64,000 nucleotides of DNA. Source: an uncultured Thermoleophilia bacterium. GTDB lineage: Bacteria; Actinomycetota; Thermoleophilia; UBA2241. The translations under genes and the position numbers were made by a program. Positions within the stretch are counted from its first letter, which is position 1. Every line of letters starts with the position of its first letter. The stretch is from positions 32,001-96,000 of the forward strand of contig CAVPCT010000005.1 of the NCBI GenBank assembly GCA_963702475.1, given 5' to 3'. The notes below the pieces were generated by a model. It did not search any database, was not told the DNA's origin, and saw nothing but the letters and a program-made list of their open reading frames with translations. This document shows, one piece after another, positions 18,402 through 28,088 of the stretch.

Positions 18402-19736
18402 TCAAGCGAGCGCCACCCTGAGCGTCCAGGCCACGGATACCGCCACGACGGCGGCCCAGCGCAGGATGTCGACGCGCCCCACCGGCCGTCCACCCGCCGC
18501 GACGAGAGCGAGCAGGCTGAGGAGCACCGCGAAATCAACGTAGCGCTGGAACCACACGGTGTTCGCGGCCGTACTGAGCACGACGGCCAGCAGCGCGGCA
18601 ACGAACAGCCGGTCCACGGGCTCCCTGGTACGGGTGAGCGCCAGAGCCGCCAGAACGGCGAGCCCGGCCGGCACGCACAGCCACCACACGATGCTGACGC
18701 CGCCGACGCCCGGCCAGGCGTCGAGCAGCGGACTCAGCAGCCCGATCCCGTACGGATCGCGACCGCCCAGCTCACCCATGCCCCCGATGGCGACGGCGAC
18801 CACACCGAGCACAATCGCCGCGAGCACGGCGGCGAGCCCGCGGCGGCCCAGGCGCGACGGAAGCTCCCGCACCTCGGCGGCGGGCGCCAGCAGGACCCCC
18901 CACACGCCGACGACTGCGAGGCTCAACAGGACACTGTGCAGGCGCGCGGAGGCCGGCTCCGTTTGTGCGCTCCCCGAGGGCAGCAGTCCGCCCCAGCTGA
19001 CGAGGAGTGCCGCGAGGGGCACCAGACCGGCGGCGACGAACGCGAGAGCGACCAACTTGCGTCGCGGCGTACAGGCGGCCGCGGCGACCGCGACCACAGC
19101 GGGCACGTACAGCCACACGGCGACCTGACGCATGAGGCTGGCAACGCAGGCACACACGACCGCGAGCGCGAACCGCCACAGCTGAGGCGTGCGGACCCAC
19201 GCCACGAGGCCCGCCAGCGACAGCACCACGAACAGCCAGGTGGGGTTGTCCGTGAGCACGTAGAACGACTCACCGAAGAAGAACGGCGAGACTGCCAGCA
19301 TGAAGGCGAACGCGAGGGCGACAGCCGGCCGCGCCTTGAGCCCGTCGCGGAACAGCTCGTAGGCGGCGACGCACGTCGCCCACGACAGGACGGCCACGAC
19401 GACCCGGGTGGCCTCCAGTGAGGAGCCGAGCGGGCGGGCGAGCCCCGCGAGCAGCCAGTACACCAGAGGCCCTGACCAGGACTCATACCCGTTCGTCACC
19501 AGCCGGGGCCAGGCTGCCGCCACCCGCTCCACAGCCCCGTAGAAGTGGTGCAGCTCGTCGTACGACTGGTAGACCTGGAACGGGTGCCTCAGCCCACCGC
19601 TGGCGACCACGACGGCGACGAAGGGCAGGGCGAGCGCAATGACGTGGACGAGCCGGGAGGTCGCGAGCAGACGCCGAAGGTCGCGGCGGCGGGAGACAGC
19701 CGGCCCGCCGCTCACCGCCACGTGGTCGCCAGCCAT
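18402..19736 (-). CDS. Multi-pass membrane protein, putative GT-C glycosyltransferase (PMT/ArnT/ALG10-like)
   Basis: YDE acidic loop after TM1, SPFFFGESFYVLTD, RQ, FQRY; about 11-13 TMs. Confidence 0.62.
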   Translation of the reverse strand: MAGDHVAVSGGPAVSRRRDLRRLLATSRLVHVIALALPFVAVVVASGGLRHPFQVYQSYDELHHFYGAVERVAAAWPRLVTNGYESWSGPLVYWLLAGLARPLGSSLEATRVVVAVLSWATCVAAYELFRDGLKARPAVALAFAFMLAVSPFFFGESFYVLTDNPTWLFVVLSLAGLVAWVRTPQLWRFALAVVCACVASLMRQVAVWLYVPAVVAVAAAACTPRRKLVALAFVAAGLVPLAALLVSWGGLLPSGSAQTEPASARLHSVLLSLAVVGVWGVLLAPAAEVRELPSRLGRRGLAAVLAAIVLGVVAVAIGGMGELGGRDPYGIGLLSPLLDAWPGVGGVSIVWWLCVPAGLAVLAALALTRTREPVDRLFVAALLAVVLSTAANTVWFQRYVDFAVLLSLLALVAAGGRPVGRVDILRWAAVVAVSVAWTLRVALA

Positions 19737-19767
19737 GGAGCCCCTCGCGCCCGGCGGAGGCCGCCGG

Positions 19768-20550
19768 TCAGAACCCCAACGCGACGGTCAGCAGGAAGTA
19801 GGCAGCCACAGCAGTCCACATCAGCGCATCGAAGCGGTCGAGCACGCCGCCGTGGCCGGGGATGCCGCGGCCCGAGTCCTTGATCTGCACGTCGCGCTTC
19901 ACGAGACTCTCGAAGAGGTCGCCGAGCGGGCCTACGACGGCGATCACGGCGCCGAGGGCGAGCGAGTCGACCGGGCCGAGCGGCGTGTACAGGCCGATGA
20001 AGACCACGAGCAGCACGGTGCCGATGGCGCCTCCCGCGAAGCCCTCCCAGGTCTTCTTGGGCGAGAGTTTGGGCGCCATGGGCGTGGACCCGAAGAAGCG
20101 GCCGGTGAAGTAGGCCATGGTGTCGCCGGCCCAGGTGCCGAACACGACAGTGAGCACCGCGGCCGTGCCCACGTCGAGGCGGCGCATCAGGAGCAACGCG
20201 CTGAACCCGAGGCCGAGGTAGAGGATGCCGAGCAGCGTGACGGCCATGCGAACCGTGATGCCCGGGCGCGGTCCGGAGAAGATGCCCATCAACGCGACCA
20301 GCAACACGCTCAAGGCCATCGCCCCGAACACGCCGACCGGTGAGCGGAACCAGGCCATGTACAGCATCGCCGCGACGGAGATGAACCCGGCCAGCGGCAG
20401 CGGGTGGTACATCTTGGTCAGCCGGTAGAACTCGTTGAGCCCGAGGATGGCCAGGGCGAGCATCAGGAAGAAGTAGACGAGCCCGCCGTGGACGACCACC
20501 ACGACTGCCAGGACGGCGAGGACGACGCCGGTGATGATGCGGGTGGTCAC
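19768..20550 (-). CDS. cdsA: Phosphatidate cytidylyltransferase
   Basis: SPKKTWEG, GDLFES.VKR...KDSG..IPGHGGVLDRFD. Confidence 0.95.
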   Translation of the reverse strand: MTTRIITGVVLAVLAVVVVVHGGLVYFFLMLALAILGLNEFYRLTKMYHPLPLAGFISVAAMLYMAWFRSPVGVFGAMALSVLLVALMGIFSGPRPGITVRMAVTLLGILYLGLGFSALLLMRRLDVGTAAVLTVVFGTWAGDTMAYFTGRFFGSTPMAPKLSPKKTWEGFAGGAIGTVLLVVFIGLYTPLGPVDSLALGAVIAVVGPLGDLFESLVKRDVQIKDSGRGIPGHGGVLDRFDALMWTAVAAYFLLTVALGF

Positions 20551-21437
20551 GAGGCGGCCTCCGGAGGAGCCGAGCCGGCCGCCTCGTGCAGGTCCGCGGC
20601 GCCGCGCGCCGGCGCGGATCCGCCGTCGCCGGCCGCGTCCCGGCCCCCGAAGCGCCGCTGGCGGCGCGCGTACTCGGCCAGCGCCTCGTCCAGCTCCGCC
20701 TCGTCGAAGTCCGGCCACAGGCGGTCGCTGAAGTACAACTCGGAGTAGGCGCACTGCCAGAGGAGGAAGTTACTGATGCGGAGCTCCCCGGACGTGCGGA
20801 TCAGGAGCTCCGGGTCGTGCATCTCGGGTGCGTAGAGGTGACGGCGAAAGTCGTCGTCGGTCAGGACCGGCGCGGCCGCGCCTGCGGCCGCCGCGCCCGA
20901 CCCTGCGCCCCGCGCAACCGCCTCGGCAACCAGCCCCGCGGCCGCGTCCAGCAGCTCACGGCGTCCGCCGTAGTTGAAGGCGATGTACAGCGTCATGCGC
21001 GTGTTGGCGGCGGTGAGCGCCTCGGCCTCCTCGATGCGACGCGCCAGCTTCTCCGGCACGCCCTGGCGACTCCCGACGAAGCGCACGCGCGCGCCGCGCT
21101 CGTGCATGTCGGGCACCTGCGAATCTATCATCTCGACGAAGAGGTCCATGAGCGCGGCCACCTCTCCCTGTGGCCGGTTCCAGTTCTCGGTCGAGAACGA
21201 GTAGACGGTGACCTCCCTGATTCCCAGGTCGAGCGCGTGCTCAAGCACGCGGCGCAGCGTCTTCGCGCCTGCCCGATGGCCGGCGGCCACCGGCAGGCGC
21301 CGGCGCTGCGCCCAGCGTCCGTTGCCGTCCATGATGATGGCGATGTAACGGGCGGTGGCGCCGCCCGCCGCAGGCTCGGCGGCGCCGCGCGCGCCCCGCA
21401 GGCGCCAGCGCACGAGCCACGTCCGCAGTGAGGCCAT
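20547..21437 (-). CDS. uppS: Undecaprenyl/isoprenyl diphosphate synthase
   Basis: IMDGNGRWA, FSTENWNRP, RTSGELRISNFLLWQ. Confidence 0.95.
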   Translation of the reverse strand: MASLRTWLVRWRLRGARGAAEPAAGGATARYIAIIMDGNGRWAQRRRLPVAAGHRAGAKTLRRVLEHALDLGIREVTVYSFSTENWNRPQGEVAALMDLFVEMIDSQVPDMHERGARVRFVGSRQGVPEKLARRIEEAEALTAANTRMTLYIAFNYGGRRELLDAAAGLVAEAVARGAGSGAAAAGAAAPVLTDDDFRRHLYAPEMHDPELLIRTSGELRISNFLLWQCAYSELYFSDRLWPDFDEAELDEALAEYARRQRRFGGRDAAGDGGSAPARGAADLHEAAGSAPPEAAS

Positions 21438-21486
21438 CGCCGTCGTCGTCCCGAGAGGCGTCGCGGCCGCCGCAGCGGCCCCGGCG

Positions 21487-22044
21487 TCAGACCTCGAGGA
21501 TCTCCGCTTCCTTGCGCTTCAGGAGGTCGTCGATCTGGTGGACGTGGTCGTCGGTGTACTTCTGGAGCTCCTTCTCGGCGCGCACCTCGGCGTCCTCGCC
21601 GACCTCACCCTCGTGCACCAGGTCCTTGAGGTCCTTCATACAGTCGCGGCGGATGTTGCGCACGGCCACCTTGCCGTCCTCGGCGAGCCGGTGGACCAGC
21701 TTGACCAGGTCGCGCCGGCGCTCCTCCGTCAGCGTCGGGATCGGCAGACGGATCACCGTGCCGTCGCTGCTGGGATTGAGGCCCAGGTCCGACTCCATGA
21801 TGGCCTTCTCGATGCTTCTCATGGCCGTCTTGTCGAACGGCTGCACCGTGAGCAGGCGCGCTTCCGGCGCGGCGATGTTCGCCATCTGCTTGAGAGGAGT
21901 GGACGTGCCGTAGTAGTCCACGTGGATGCGGTCCAGCAGGCCGACGCTGGCGCGGCCGCTGCGGACCGTGTTGAACTCCGTCTTCACGGCCTCGGCCGCC
22001 TTGTCCATGCGGTGCCTCGCGTCGGCGAGCAGCTCTTTCTCCAC
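21487..22044 (-). CDS. frr: Ribosome recycling factor
   Basis: RSGRA, YYG, LTEERR, RNIRRD. Confidence 0.97.
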   Translation of the reverse strand: MEKELLADARHRMDKAAEAVKTEFNTVRSGRASVGLLDRIHVDYYGTSTPLKQMANIAAPEARLLTVQPFDKTAMRSIEKAIMESDLGLNPSSDGTVIRLPIPTLTEERRRDLVKLVHRLAEDGKVAVRNIRRDCMKDLKDLVHEGEVGEDAEVRAEKELQKYTDDHVHQIDDLLKRKEAEILEV

Positions 22045-22066
22045 GGGGTCCTCCCTTGTCCCGGGG

Positions 22067-22804
22067 TCAGCAGTCTGCGGGCGTGCGGACCACCGTGCCC
22101 ACGCGTTCCCCGCACAGCACGCGCACGATGTTGTCGCCCGTCATCTTGAAGACGTGTATCGGCATGTTGTTGTCCATGCAGAGACTGAGCGCGGTGGTGT
22201 CCATCACCGCCAGACCCCGATCAATGGCCTCGAGGTGCGTGAGCTCCGGGATGAAGACGGCGCTCGGGTCCTTCTCCGGGTCGGCCGTGTACACGCCGTC
22301 GTAGGTGCGTTTGGCCATGAGGATGGCGTCGGCTTCGAGCTCGAGGGCGCGCAGCGCGGCCGCGGAGTCGGTGCTGAAGTACGGGTTGCCGGTGCCGGCG
22401 GCGCAGATGACCACACGTCCCCTCTCCAGGTGACGCATGGCCCGGCGGCGGATGTACGGCTCGCACACGGCGCGGATCTCGAGGGCGCTCACGACACGGG
22501 TGTCGACACCGGCGTCCTCCAGCGCGTTCTGCAACGCCAGGGCGTTCTGTACTGTGGCCAGCATGCCGATGTGGTCGCCGGTGGTGCGGTCCATACCACC
22601 CGCGGCGGCGGCCATGCCGCGGAAGATGTTGCCGCCGCCGACAACGATGGCGATGTCGACGTCAAGGCCGCGGGCGACCTTGATGGACTCGGCCAGGCGC
22701 TGGGTGGTCGCGGGGTCGATGGCCCGCGACTCGCCGCCCAGCGCCTGGCCGCTCAGTTTGAGAAGGACGCGGTGGAAGGCGCTGCTGAGGTGATCGCCTT
22801 CCAC
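22067..22804 (-). CDS. pyrH: UMP kinase
   Basis: LKLSG, GGGNIFRG, GMLAT, GTGNPYFSTD. Confidence 0.96.
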   Translation of the reverse strand: MEGDHLSSAFHRVLLKLSGQALGGESRAIDPATTQRLAESIKVARGLDVDIAIVVGGGNIFRGMAAAAGGMDRTTGDHIGMLATVQNALALQNALEDAGVDTRVVSALEIRAVCEPYIRRRAMRHLERGRVVICAAGTGNPYFSTDSAAALRALELEADAILMAKRTYDGVYTADPEKDPSAVFIPELTHLEAIDRGLAVMDTTALSLCMDNNMPIHVFKMTGDNIVRVLCGERVGTVVRTPADC

Positions 22805-22809
22805 GACCG

Positions 22810-23421
22810 TCAGCCCGCTACCGTGGTCTCGCCGAGCTGGAAGCGCACGAAGCGGCGCACCTCGACGTTCTCGCCGATGACGCCGATGAGGTCGGTGCGG
22901 ACCTGCTCGATGGTGCGGTCCGGGTCCTTGACGAAGGCCTGCTCCATGAGGCAGGTCTCGGCGAAGAACTTCTCCAGCTTGCCGGTGATGATCTTCTCGA
23001 CCACATTCTCGGGCTTGCCTTTGATCTGGTCGGACTCCGCGTAGATCGCCTTCTCGCGGGCGATGACGTCCTCGGGGACCTCGTCGCGCGCGACCCAGAG
23101 CGGCGCCGACGCGGCGACCTGCATCGCGAGGTCATGGGTGAACTCGCGGAACGGCTCGCTGCGCGAGACGAAGTCGGTCTCCACGCCGACCTCCACGAGT
23201 ACGCCGATCTTGCCGCCGGCGTGGATGTACGAATCCACGGCGCCATCCTTGGTGACCCGGGTGCTCTTCTTCTGGGCGGTGGCGAGACCCTGCTTGCGCA
23301 GCTCGTCCATGGCCATCTCCAGGTCGCCGGCGGTCGCGGCCAGGGCCTTCTTGCAGTCCATCATCCCGGCCCCGCTCTTCTCGCGGAGCTCCTTTACCAG
23401 TGCAGCGGTGATCTCAGCCAC
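22810..23421 (-). CDS. tsf: Elongation factor Ts (short form)
   Basis: VKELRE.SGAGMMDCKKAL, ETDFV. Confidence 0.97.
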   Translation of the reverse strand: MAEITAALVKELREKSGAGMMDCKKALAATAGDLEMAMDELRKQGLATAQKKSTRVTKDGAVDSYIHAGGKIGVLVEVGVETDFVSRSEPFREFTHDLAMQVAASAPLWVARDEVPEDVIAREKAIYAESDQIKGKPENVVEKIITGKLEKFFAETCLMEQAFVKDPDRTIEQVRTDLIGVIGENVEVRRFVRFQLGETTVAG

Positions 23422-23463
23422 AGCACGTTCCTTTCGTAAGGTCGGCGTTGTTGCGCGTCGGGG

Positions 23464-24576
23464 TCACTCGGCCGGCTTGTCGCCCTCGGCGGGCTCGGCG
23501 GCCGAGGCCTCGGCGGGCTTGTCGTCGGCCTTGGGCTCGGCGGCGGGCTCCTTGGTCTTCGCGGAGGCGGCGGGCTTGTCGTCGGCCTTGGGCTCGGCCT
23601 TCTTGGCAGCCGGCTTCTTGACGGCCGGCTTGTCGGCGGCCGGCTTCTCGGCGGCAGGCTTGTCGGCCTTGGGCTCGGCCTTCTTGGCAGCCGGCTTGAC
23701 CTCAGCGGTCGCGGCGACCGGCGCGGCCGACGCCTTCTCCGTGGCGGCCTTTTCGGCGGCCTTGGCCTCGGCGTCGGCGGTGGCCTCGAGAGCGGCCTTC
23801 TCAGCGGCAGCCACGGCCTCGGCCACGGCGGCCTCTTCAGCGGCCTTACGCTCGGCCTCCGCCTTCATCTCAGCCTCGGTGAGGAGCTGCCGGCCCTCGG
23901 CGACGGCGTCGGCCATGACGCGCACGATGAGGTCGCAACTGCGGATGGCGTCGTCGTTGCCGGGGATGATGTAGTCGACCTCGTCGGGATCGCAGTTGGT
24001 GTCGACCAGGGCGACGATCGGGATCTTGAGCTTGCGCGCTTCCTTGACCACGATGGCCTCTTTGCGCGGGTCCACCACGAACACGGCCGCCGGGACGCGG
24101 TCCATGCCGGAGACGCCGCCGAGGTTCTGCTCGAGCTTGCGCAGATCGCCGCGCAGCTGCATGGCCTCGCGCGTGGGCAGCAGGTCGAGCGACCCGTCTT
24201 CTGAGAGCTGGCGGAGCTCGTGCATGCGCTTGATGCGCTTGCTGAGCGTGCTGAAGTTGGTCAGCAGGCCGCCCAGCCAGCGGTTGCACACGTACGGCAT
24301 GCCGATGCGCTGGGCCTGCTCCTTGATGACCTCCTGGCACTGTTTCTTGGTGCCCACGAAGAGCACGCCGCCGCCACGCTCGGACGTCTTCTTAAGGAAG
24401 GTGTAGGCCTCGTCGATGAGGACGGTGGTCTTCTGCAGGTCGATGATGTAGATACCGCCGCGCTCGCCGAAGATGTACTGCTTCATCTTCGGGTTCCAAC
24501 GGCGGGTCTGGTGGCCGAAGTGGACGCCGCTGGTGAGCAGGTCCTTCATGCTTACGGTGTGCTGGGTCGCAGCCAA
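23464..24576 (-). CDS. rpsB: 30S ribosomal protein S2 with long Ala/Lys/Pro/Glu tail
   Basis: [29 protein letters not shown]; TTG start after AAGGAGG. Confidence 0.96.
   Translation of the reverse strand: MAATQHTVSMKDLLTSGVHFGHQTRRWNPKMKQYIFGERGGIYIIDLQKTTVLIDEAYTFLKKTSERGGGVLFVGTKKQCQEVIKEQAQRIGMPYVCNRWLGGLLTNFSTLSKRIKRMHELRQLSEDGSLDLLPTREAMQLRGDLRKLEQNLGGVSGMDRVPAAVFVVDPRKEAIVVKEARKLKIPIVALVDTNCDPDEVDYIIPGNDDAIRSCDLIVRVMADAVAEGRQLLTEAEMKAEAERKAAEEAAVAEAVAAAEKAALEATADAEAKAAEKAATEKASAAPVAATAEVKPAAKKAEPKADKPAAEKPAADKPAVKKPAAKKAEPKADDKPAASAKTKEPAAEPKADDKPAEASAAEPAEGDKPAE
23470..23700 (-). repeat. Imperfect in-frame repeats ([10 protein letters not shown] / KKPAA) in the S2 tail
   Basis: cggcgggcttgtcgtcggccttgggctcggc occurs twice and ggccttgggctcggccttcttggcagccggctt twice. 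Confidence 0.8.
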
Positions 24577-24766
24577 CGCTGCCTCCTTCGGAGACGGTTC
24601 TCCGGCGGCGAGCTTCCGGCGCGGGAGCGCCGGCGGCCTGCGCCGCCACATGTCGGCCGGCGGACGGTCAGTGGAATCGGGCGGGCGGGCGCTCGCAAGC
24701 GCCTCCCGCCCGACACCGCCACGGACCGGGAGGTCCGCCGGGTCGGGGTGGGCACAACGGCCAAAA

Positions 24767-24775
24767 ATGATACCA
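24767..24775 (-). promoter_or_regulatory. Extended -10 promoter of rpsB-tsf
   Basis: TGgTATCAT about 190 nt upstream of rpsB. Confidence 0.55.
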
Positions 24776-24874
24776 GAAGATCTGGGCGGCGCGCCAGTGC
24801 GACGGCGGTATACACTCGACCGAGAAGCGTCACAGGCGCGGGCGCGCCCGGGTGAGCCCTCCGGCGACCGGCCG

Positions 24875-25666
24875 TCAGCCGATGGCAGCCGGTTCGATCT
24901 CGTCGCGCAGCCGGCCCTTGAGGCGCAGGATGGCCTTGGTGTGCAGCTGCGAGACGCGCGACTCGGTGACCCCGAGCACCTCCCCGATCTCGCGCAGGGT
25001 GAGGTTCTCGTAGTAGTACAGCGCGATGACGATCTTCTCGCGCTTGGGCAACGCGTCGATGGCGGAGGCCAACCTGGCCTTCATCTCCGAGAGGTCGAGC
25101 AGCCGCGAAGGGTCGCGGCCCTTCGGGTCCTCGAGCGTGTCGATGAGCGACGCCTGGTCGCCGTCTGACCCCGAGATGGACCACAGCTCATCGAGAGCCA
25201 CGATGCTGGTGTTGGCGATCTGCGTGAGCGAGTGCTGGAACTCCGGCACGGAGATGCTGAGCTCGCGCGCGATCTCCTCGTCCGTCGGCGCACGCTGCAG
25301 GCGGTTCTCGAGGATGGCGCACACCTTCTCGATCTCGCGGGCCTTGCTGCGCACCGAGCGCGGCACCCAGTCCAGGGAACGCAGCTCGTCGATGATCGAC
25401 CCCTTGATGCGAGAGATGGCGTACGTCTCGAACTTGATCTCTCGCGACGGGTCGAACCGCTCGAGCGCCCCGATGAGCCCCAGCAGACCGTAGCTGATGA
25501 GGTCGGACTCCTCGATGTGGGAGGGCAGGCCGTTGCTCATGCGCCCGGCCACGTACTTGACCAGGGGCGAATACGCCAGGATGAGGCGGTCACGCGCCGC
25601 CCTGTCGCCCTGGTACTTATAGCGCTCCCAGAGTTCGCGCACCTTGTCCTCGTCCAGTCTCGCCAT
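24875..25666 (-). CDS. whiG: FliA/WhiG-family RNA polymerase sigma factor
   Basis: [60 protein letters not shown]. Confidence 0.88.
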   Translation of the reverse strand: MARLDEDKVRELWERYKYQGDRAARDRLILAYSPLVKYVAGRMSNGLPSHIEESDLISYGLLGLIGALERFDPSREIKFETYAISRIKGSIIDELRSLDWVPRSVRSKAREIEKVCAILENRLQRAPTDEEIARELSISVPEFQHSLTQIANTSIVALDELWSISGSDGDQASLIDTLEDPKGRDPSRLLDLSEMKARLASAIDALPKREKIVIALYYYENLTLREIGEVLGVTESRVSQLHTKAILRLKGRLRDEIEPAAIG

Positions 25667-25703
25667 GATCAGCTCGTTGCAGCGCCAGCTCCGCGGGCAG
25701 GAC

Positions 25704-26723
25704 TCACGCCCGCGGGTGATGCAAGTCGTACACCCGCCGCAGGTGTGCCCCGCTCACGTGCGTGTACACCTGGGTCGTCGCCACCGACGCGTGGCCCAAC
25801 AGTTCCTGGATCGCCCGTAGATCTGCGCCCCTCTCAAGCATATGCGTAGCATAGGCATGACGCAGCATGTGCGGTGAAGCCGCGTCGATGCCTGCACGTT
25901 GCGAGTATTTTACAACGAGCCGGCGTATGTCCGAAGTGAGCAGTGCGCGTCCCGCTCGAGAGAGGAACACTCTGCCTTCGTCGGCCGCCCCCCTGGCGAG
26001 CAGCCGGGGGCGGCCACGCTCCAGGTACCGGCGCACCGACCCGGCGGCCTCCTCTCCGAGCGGCACCACCCTGGTCTTGGCGCCCTTGCCGTGCACGAGC
26101 AGCTGCGCCTGGGCCATGTCGACGTCAGCCAGGCGCAGCCCCACCGCCTCCTGGCTGCGCAGCCCGCAGCCGTAGAGCAGCTCGAGGACCGTGCGGTCCC
26201 GCAGAGCAAGCGGCTCCGTGCCGTCGGCCGCGGCCAGCATCGCCTCGACGTCGCTCAGGCTGAGCACGCGCGGCAGACGGCGGCGGCGGCGCGGCCCCGG
26301 CAGCAGACGCGTGGGGTCGGCCGGCAGCACGCCGCGCTCGCTGAGAAAGCGGCAGAGGCCACGCAGCGTGGAGAGCTTGCGGGCGAGCGTCGCCGGCGCG
26401 TACCCGCGCCGGCCCAGCTCGCCCGAGAAGGCGCGCGCGCTGCGGCGGTCGAGATCGTCCACCGTCTGGCCACGCCCCTCCAGCCAGTCGAGCAACTGGC
26501 GAAGGTCCGATGCGTAGGAACGCCGGGTCGCCGCGCTGCCGCCTCGAACCTGCAAATCACGGAGGAAGGCGGCACAGCGTCCCTGGGGATCGGCGGCCCG
26601 GATGACGGCAGGACCGGCCTCGATGTCCGTTCCGGAGCCGGCCCGGTCCACGGCGTCGCGGGGCCGGGCGGCAACGCTCTGGGACTGTGGGACTCGCGGT
26701 CGCTGCGGAACAGGCAAGGGCAC
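25704..26723 (-). CDS. xerC: Tyrosine recombinase XerC
   Basis: LELLYGCGLR, GKGAK, PHMLRHAYATH, LLGH, TTQVY; follows dprA. Confidence 0.88.
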   Translation of the reverse strand: MPLPVPQRPRVPQSQSVAARPRDAVDRAGSGTDIEAGPAVIRAADPQGRCAAFLRDLQVRGGSAATRRSYASDLRQLLDWLEGRGQTVDDLDRRSARAFSGELGRRGYAPATLARKLSTLRGLCRFLSERGVLPADPTRLLPGPRRRRRLPRVLSLSDVEAMLAAADGTEPLALRDRTVLELLYGCGLRSQEAVGLRLADVDMAQAQLLVHGKGAKTRVVPLGEEAAGSVRRYLERGRPRLLARGAADEGRVFLSRAGRALLTSDIRRLVVKYSQRAGIDAASPHMLRHAYATHMLERGADLRAIQELLGHASVATTQVYTHVSGAHLRRVYDLHHPRA

Positions 26724-26834
26724 CCCCCTGAGGCGCCCTACCTTTCAACGCGCCGCCGCGGCACTCCTTCCGACTGCGTGGCAGTTCTCGCTGGCGCCGG
26801 CACCGGCGACCGGCGTTGCCCCGCGCCGGACCGT

Positions 26835-28088
26835 CTACACCCGGCGCAGCCTGTAGGTACCCGGCCCGCTCATCGCAGCCAGGCCTTCAATCTCCAGCTC
26901 GCTGAGCAGCGCAGCCGCCTCGGACACACCCAGCCCGCACGCGGCGGCCACCGCGTCCACGGTGAACACGCCGCCGTCGAGCGCACGGAGCACCGCGGCC
27001 AGGCGACCGTCGTCCGAGCGCGCCTCGAGCAGCCGCGCCACGGTGTCGGCACCCACGTCCCCGGCGAGCAGCTCCGCATCGAGCTCCACGCCGGCCACCG
27101 CGTTGAGCACGTCGTCGGCCGATTCGCAGAGGGCGGCGCCGTGGCGGAGCAGCGCATGAGGCGCTTGCGTCAGCCGCCGCCCGGCCTCGCCGGGAACGGC
27201 CAGCACCTCGTTGCCGATGTCGTCGGCGAACCCGGCCGTGATCCGGGCGCCGCTACGCAGCGTGCCCTCCACCACCACGACGGCCCGCGCAAGCCCTGCC
27301 ATCACGCGGTTGCGGGCGGGGAACCGCCACGTCCTTGCCGGCACCCCCCAGGCGAACTCGGAGACCACCAGCCCTGCGTCGAGCACGCGCCGGTACAGGC
27401 CGGCGTTGCTGCGCGGATAGGCGACGTCGGCGCCGCAGCCGAGGACGGCGACGGTCGGGAGGCCCGCCCCGTCGCCGGCCCGCAGGGCGGCCGCCTGCGC
27501 CAGGGCGTCGACCCCGAGCGCCAGACCGCTGACGACCACCACGCCGCGGAGCGCCAGGTCTCGCCCCAGCAGCGCAGCCATCTCGGCCCCGTAGGGCGAG
27601 GGCCCACGCGTGCCGACCACCGCGACGGCCAGCGAGCCGCAGAGGATGGTGAGGCGAGCGCGGATCACGGCGTCGGCGGCACGAGCCGCCACGAACAGGC
27701 AGAGGGGCGGATCGCTGAGTCGGCGCAGTGACGGTGGGTAGAGGGCGTCCGCCCACGCGACCTGGAGCCGCCCTGCGGCCGGAGTGATGGAGGCGCACGC
27801 GGCGGGCGCCGCCGCGAGCACCTCCGCGTAGCTGTCGCTCTCAGCGGCGCGCTCATCCGCGCCCAGGGCGGACGCGCCGCTGCTCACACGCCGACAGCGG
27901 AGGAAGGCGCGCAACTCGGCGACGGGGCGGTCCAGCACCTCGCTCACCGACCCGTACTCTTTGACGAGTCGCCCCACGAGGCCACCCCTCCACGACGCGA
28001 GGGTGCCGAGCCACACGCAGAGCTCGCGGCGGCGGGGATCGGCCACGGCCTCGTCTCTCCGCCGGCGCTCCACGCCCGCCGTCACCAC
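26835..28088 (-). CDS. dprA: DNA-processing protein DprA
   Basis: VVGTR, SGLALGVD, VSEF, FPARNR, SGARITA, AVPG. Confidence 0.93.
   Translation of the reverse strand: MVTAGVERRRRDEAVADPRRRELCVWLGTLASWRGGLVGRLVKEYGSVSEVLDRPVAELRAFLRCRRVSSGASALGADERAAESDSYAEVLAAAPAACASITPAAGRLQVAWADALYPPSLRRLSDPPLCLFVAARAADAVIRARLTILCGSLAVAVVGTRGPSPYGAEMAALLGRDLALRGVVVVSGLALGVDALAQAAALRAGDGAGLPTVAVLGCGADVAYPRSNAGLYRRVLDAGLVVSEFAWGVPARTWRFPARNRVMAGLARAVVVVEGTLRSGARITAGFADDIGNEVLAVPGEAGRRLTQAPHALLRHGAALCESADDVLNAVAGVELDAELLAGDVGADTVARLLEARSDDGRLAAVLRALDGGVFTVDAVAAACGLGVSEAAALLSELEIEGLAAMSGPGTYRLRRV

Noticed and set aside
25704-26723. Tyrosine recombinases as integrases of a mobile element
   Set aside because: Both sit in canonical xerC (dprA) and xerD (deoB) contexts with no att sites or cargo
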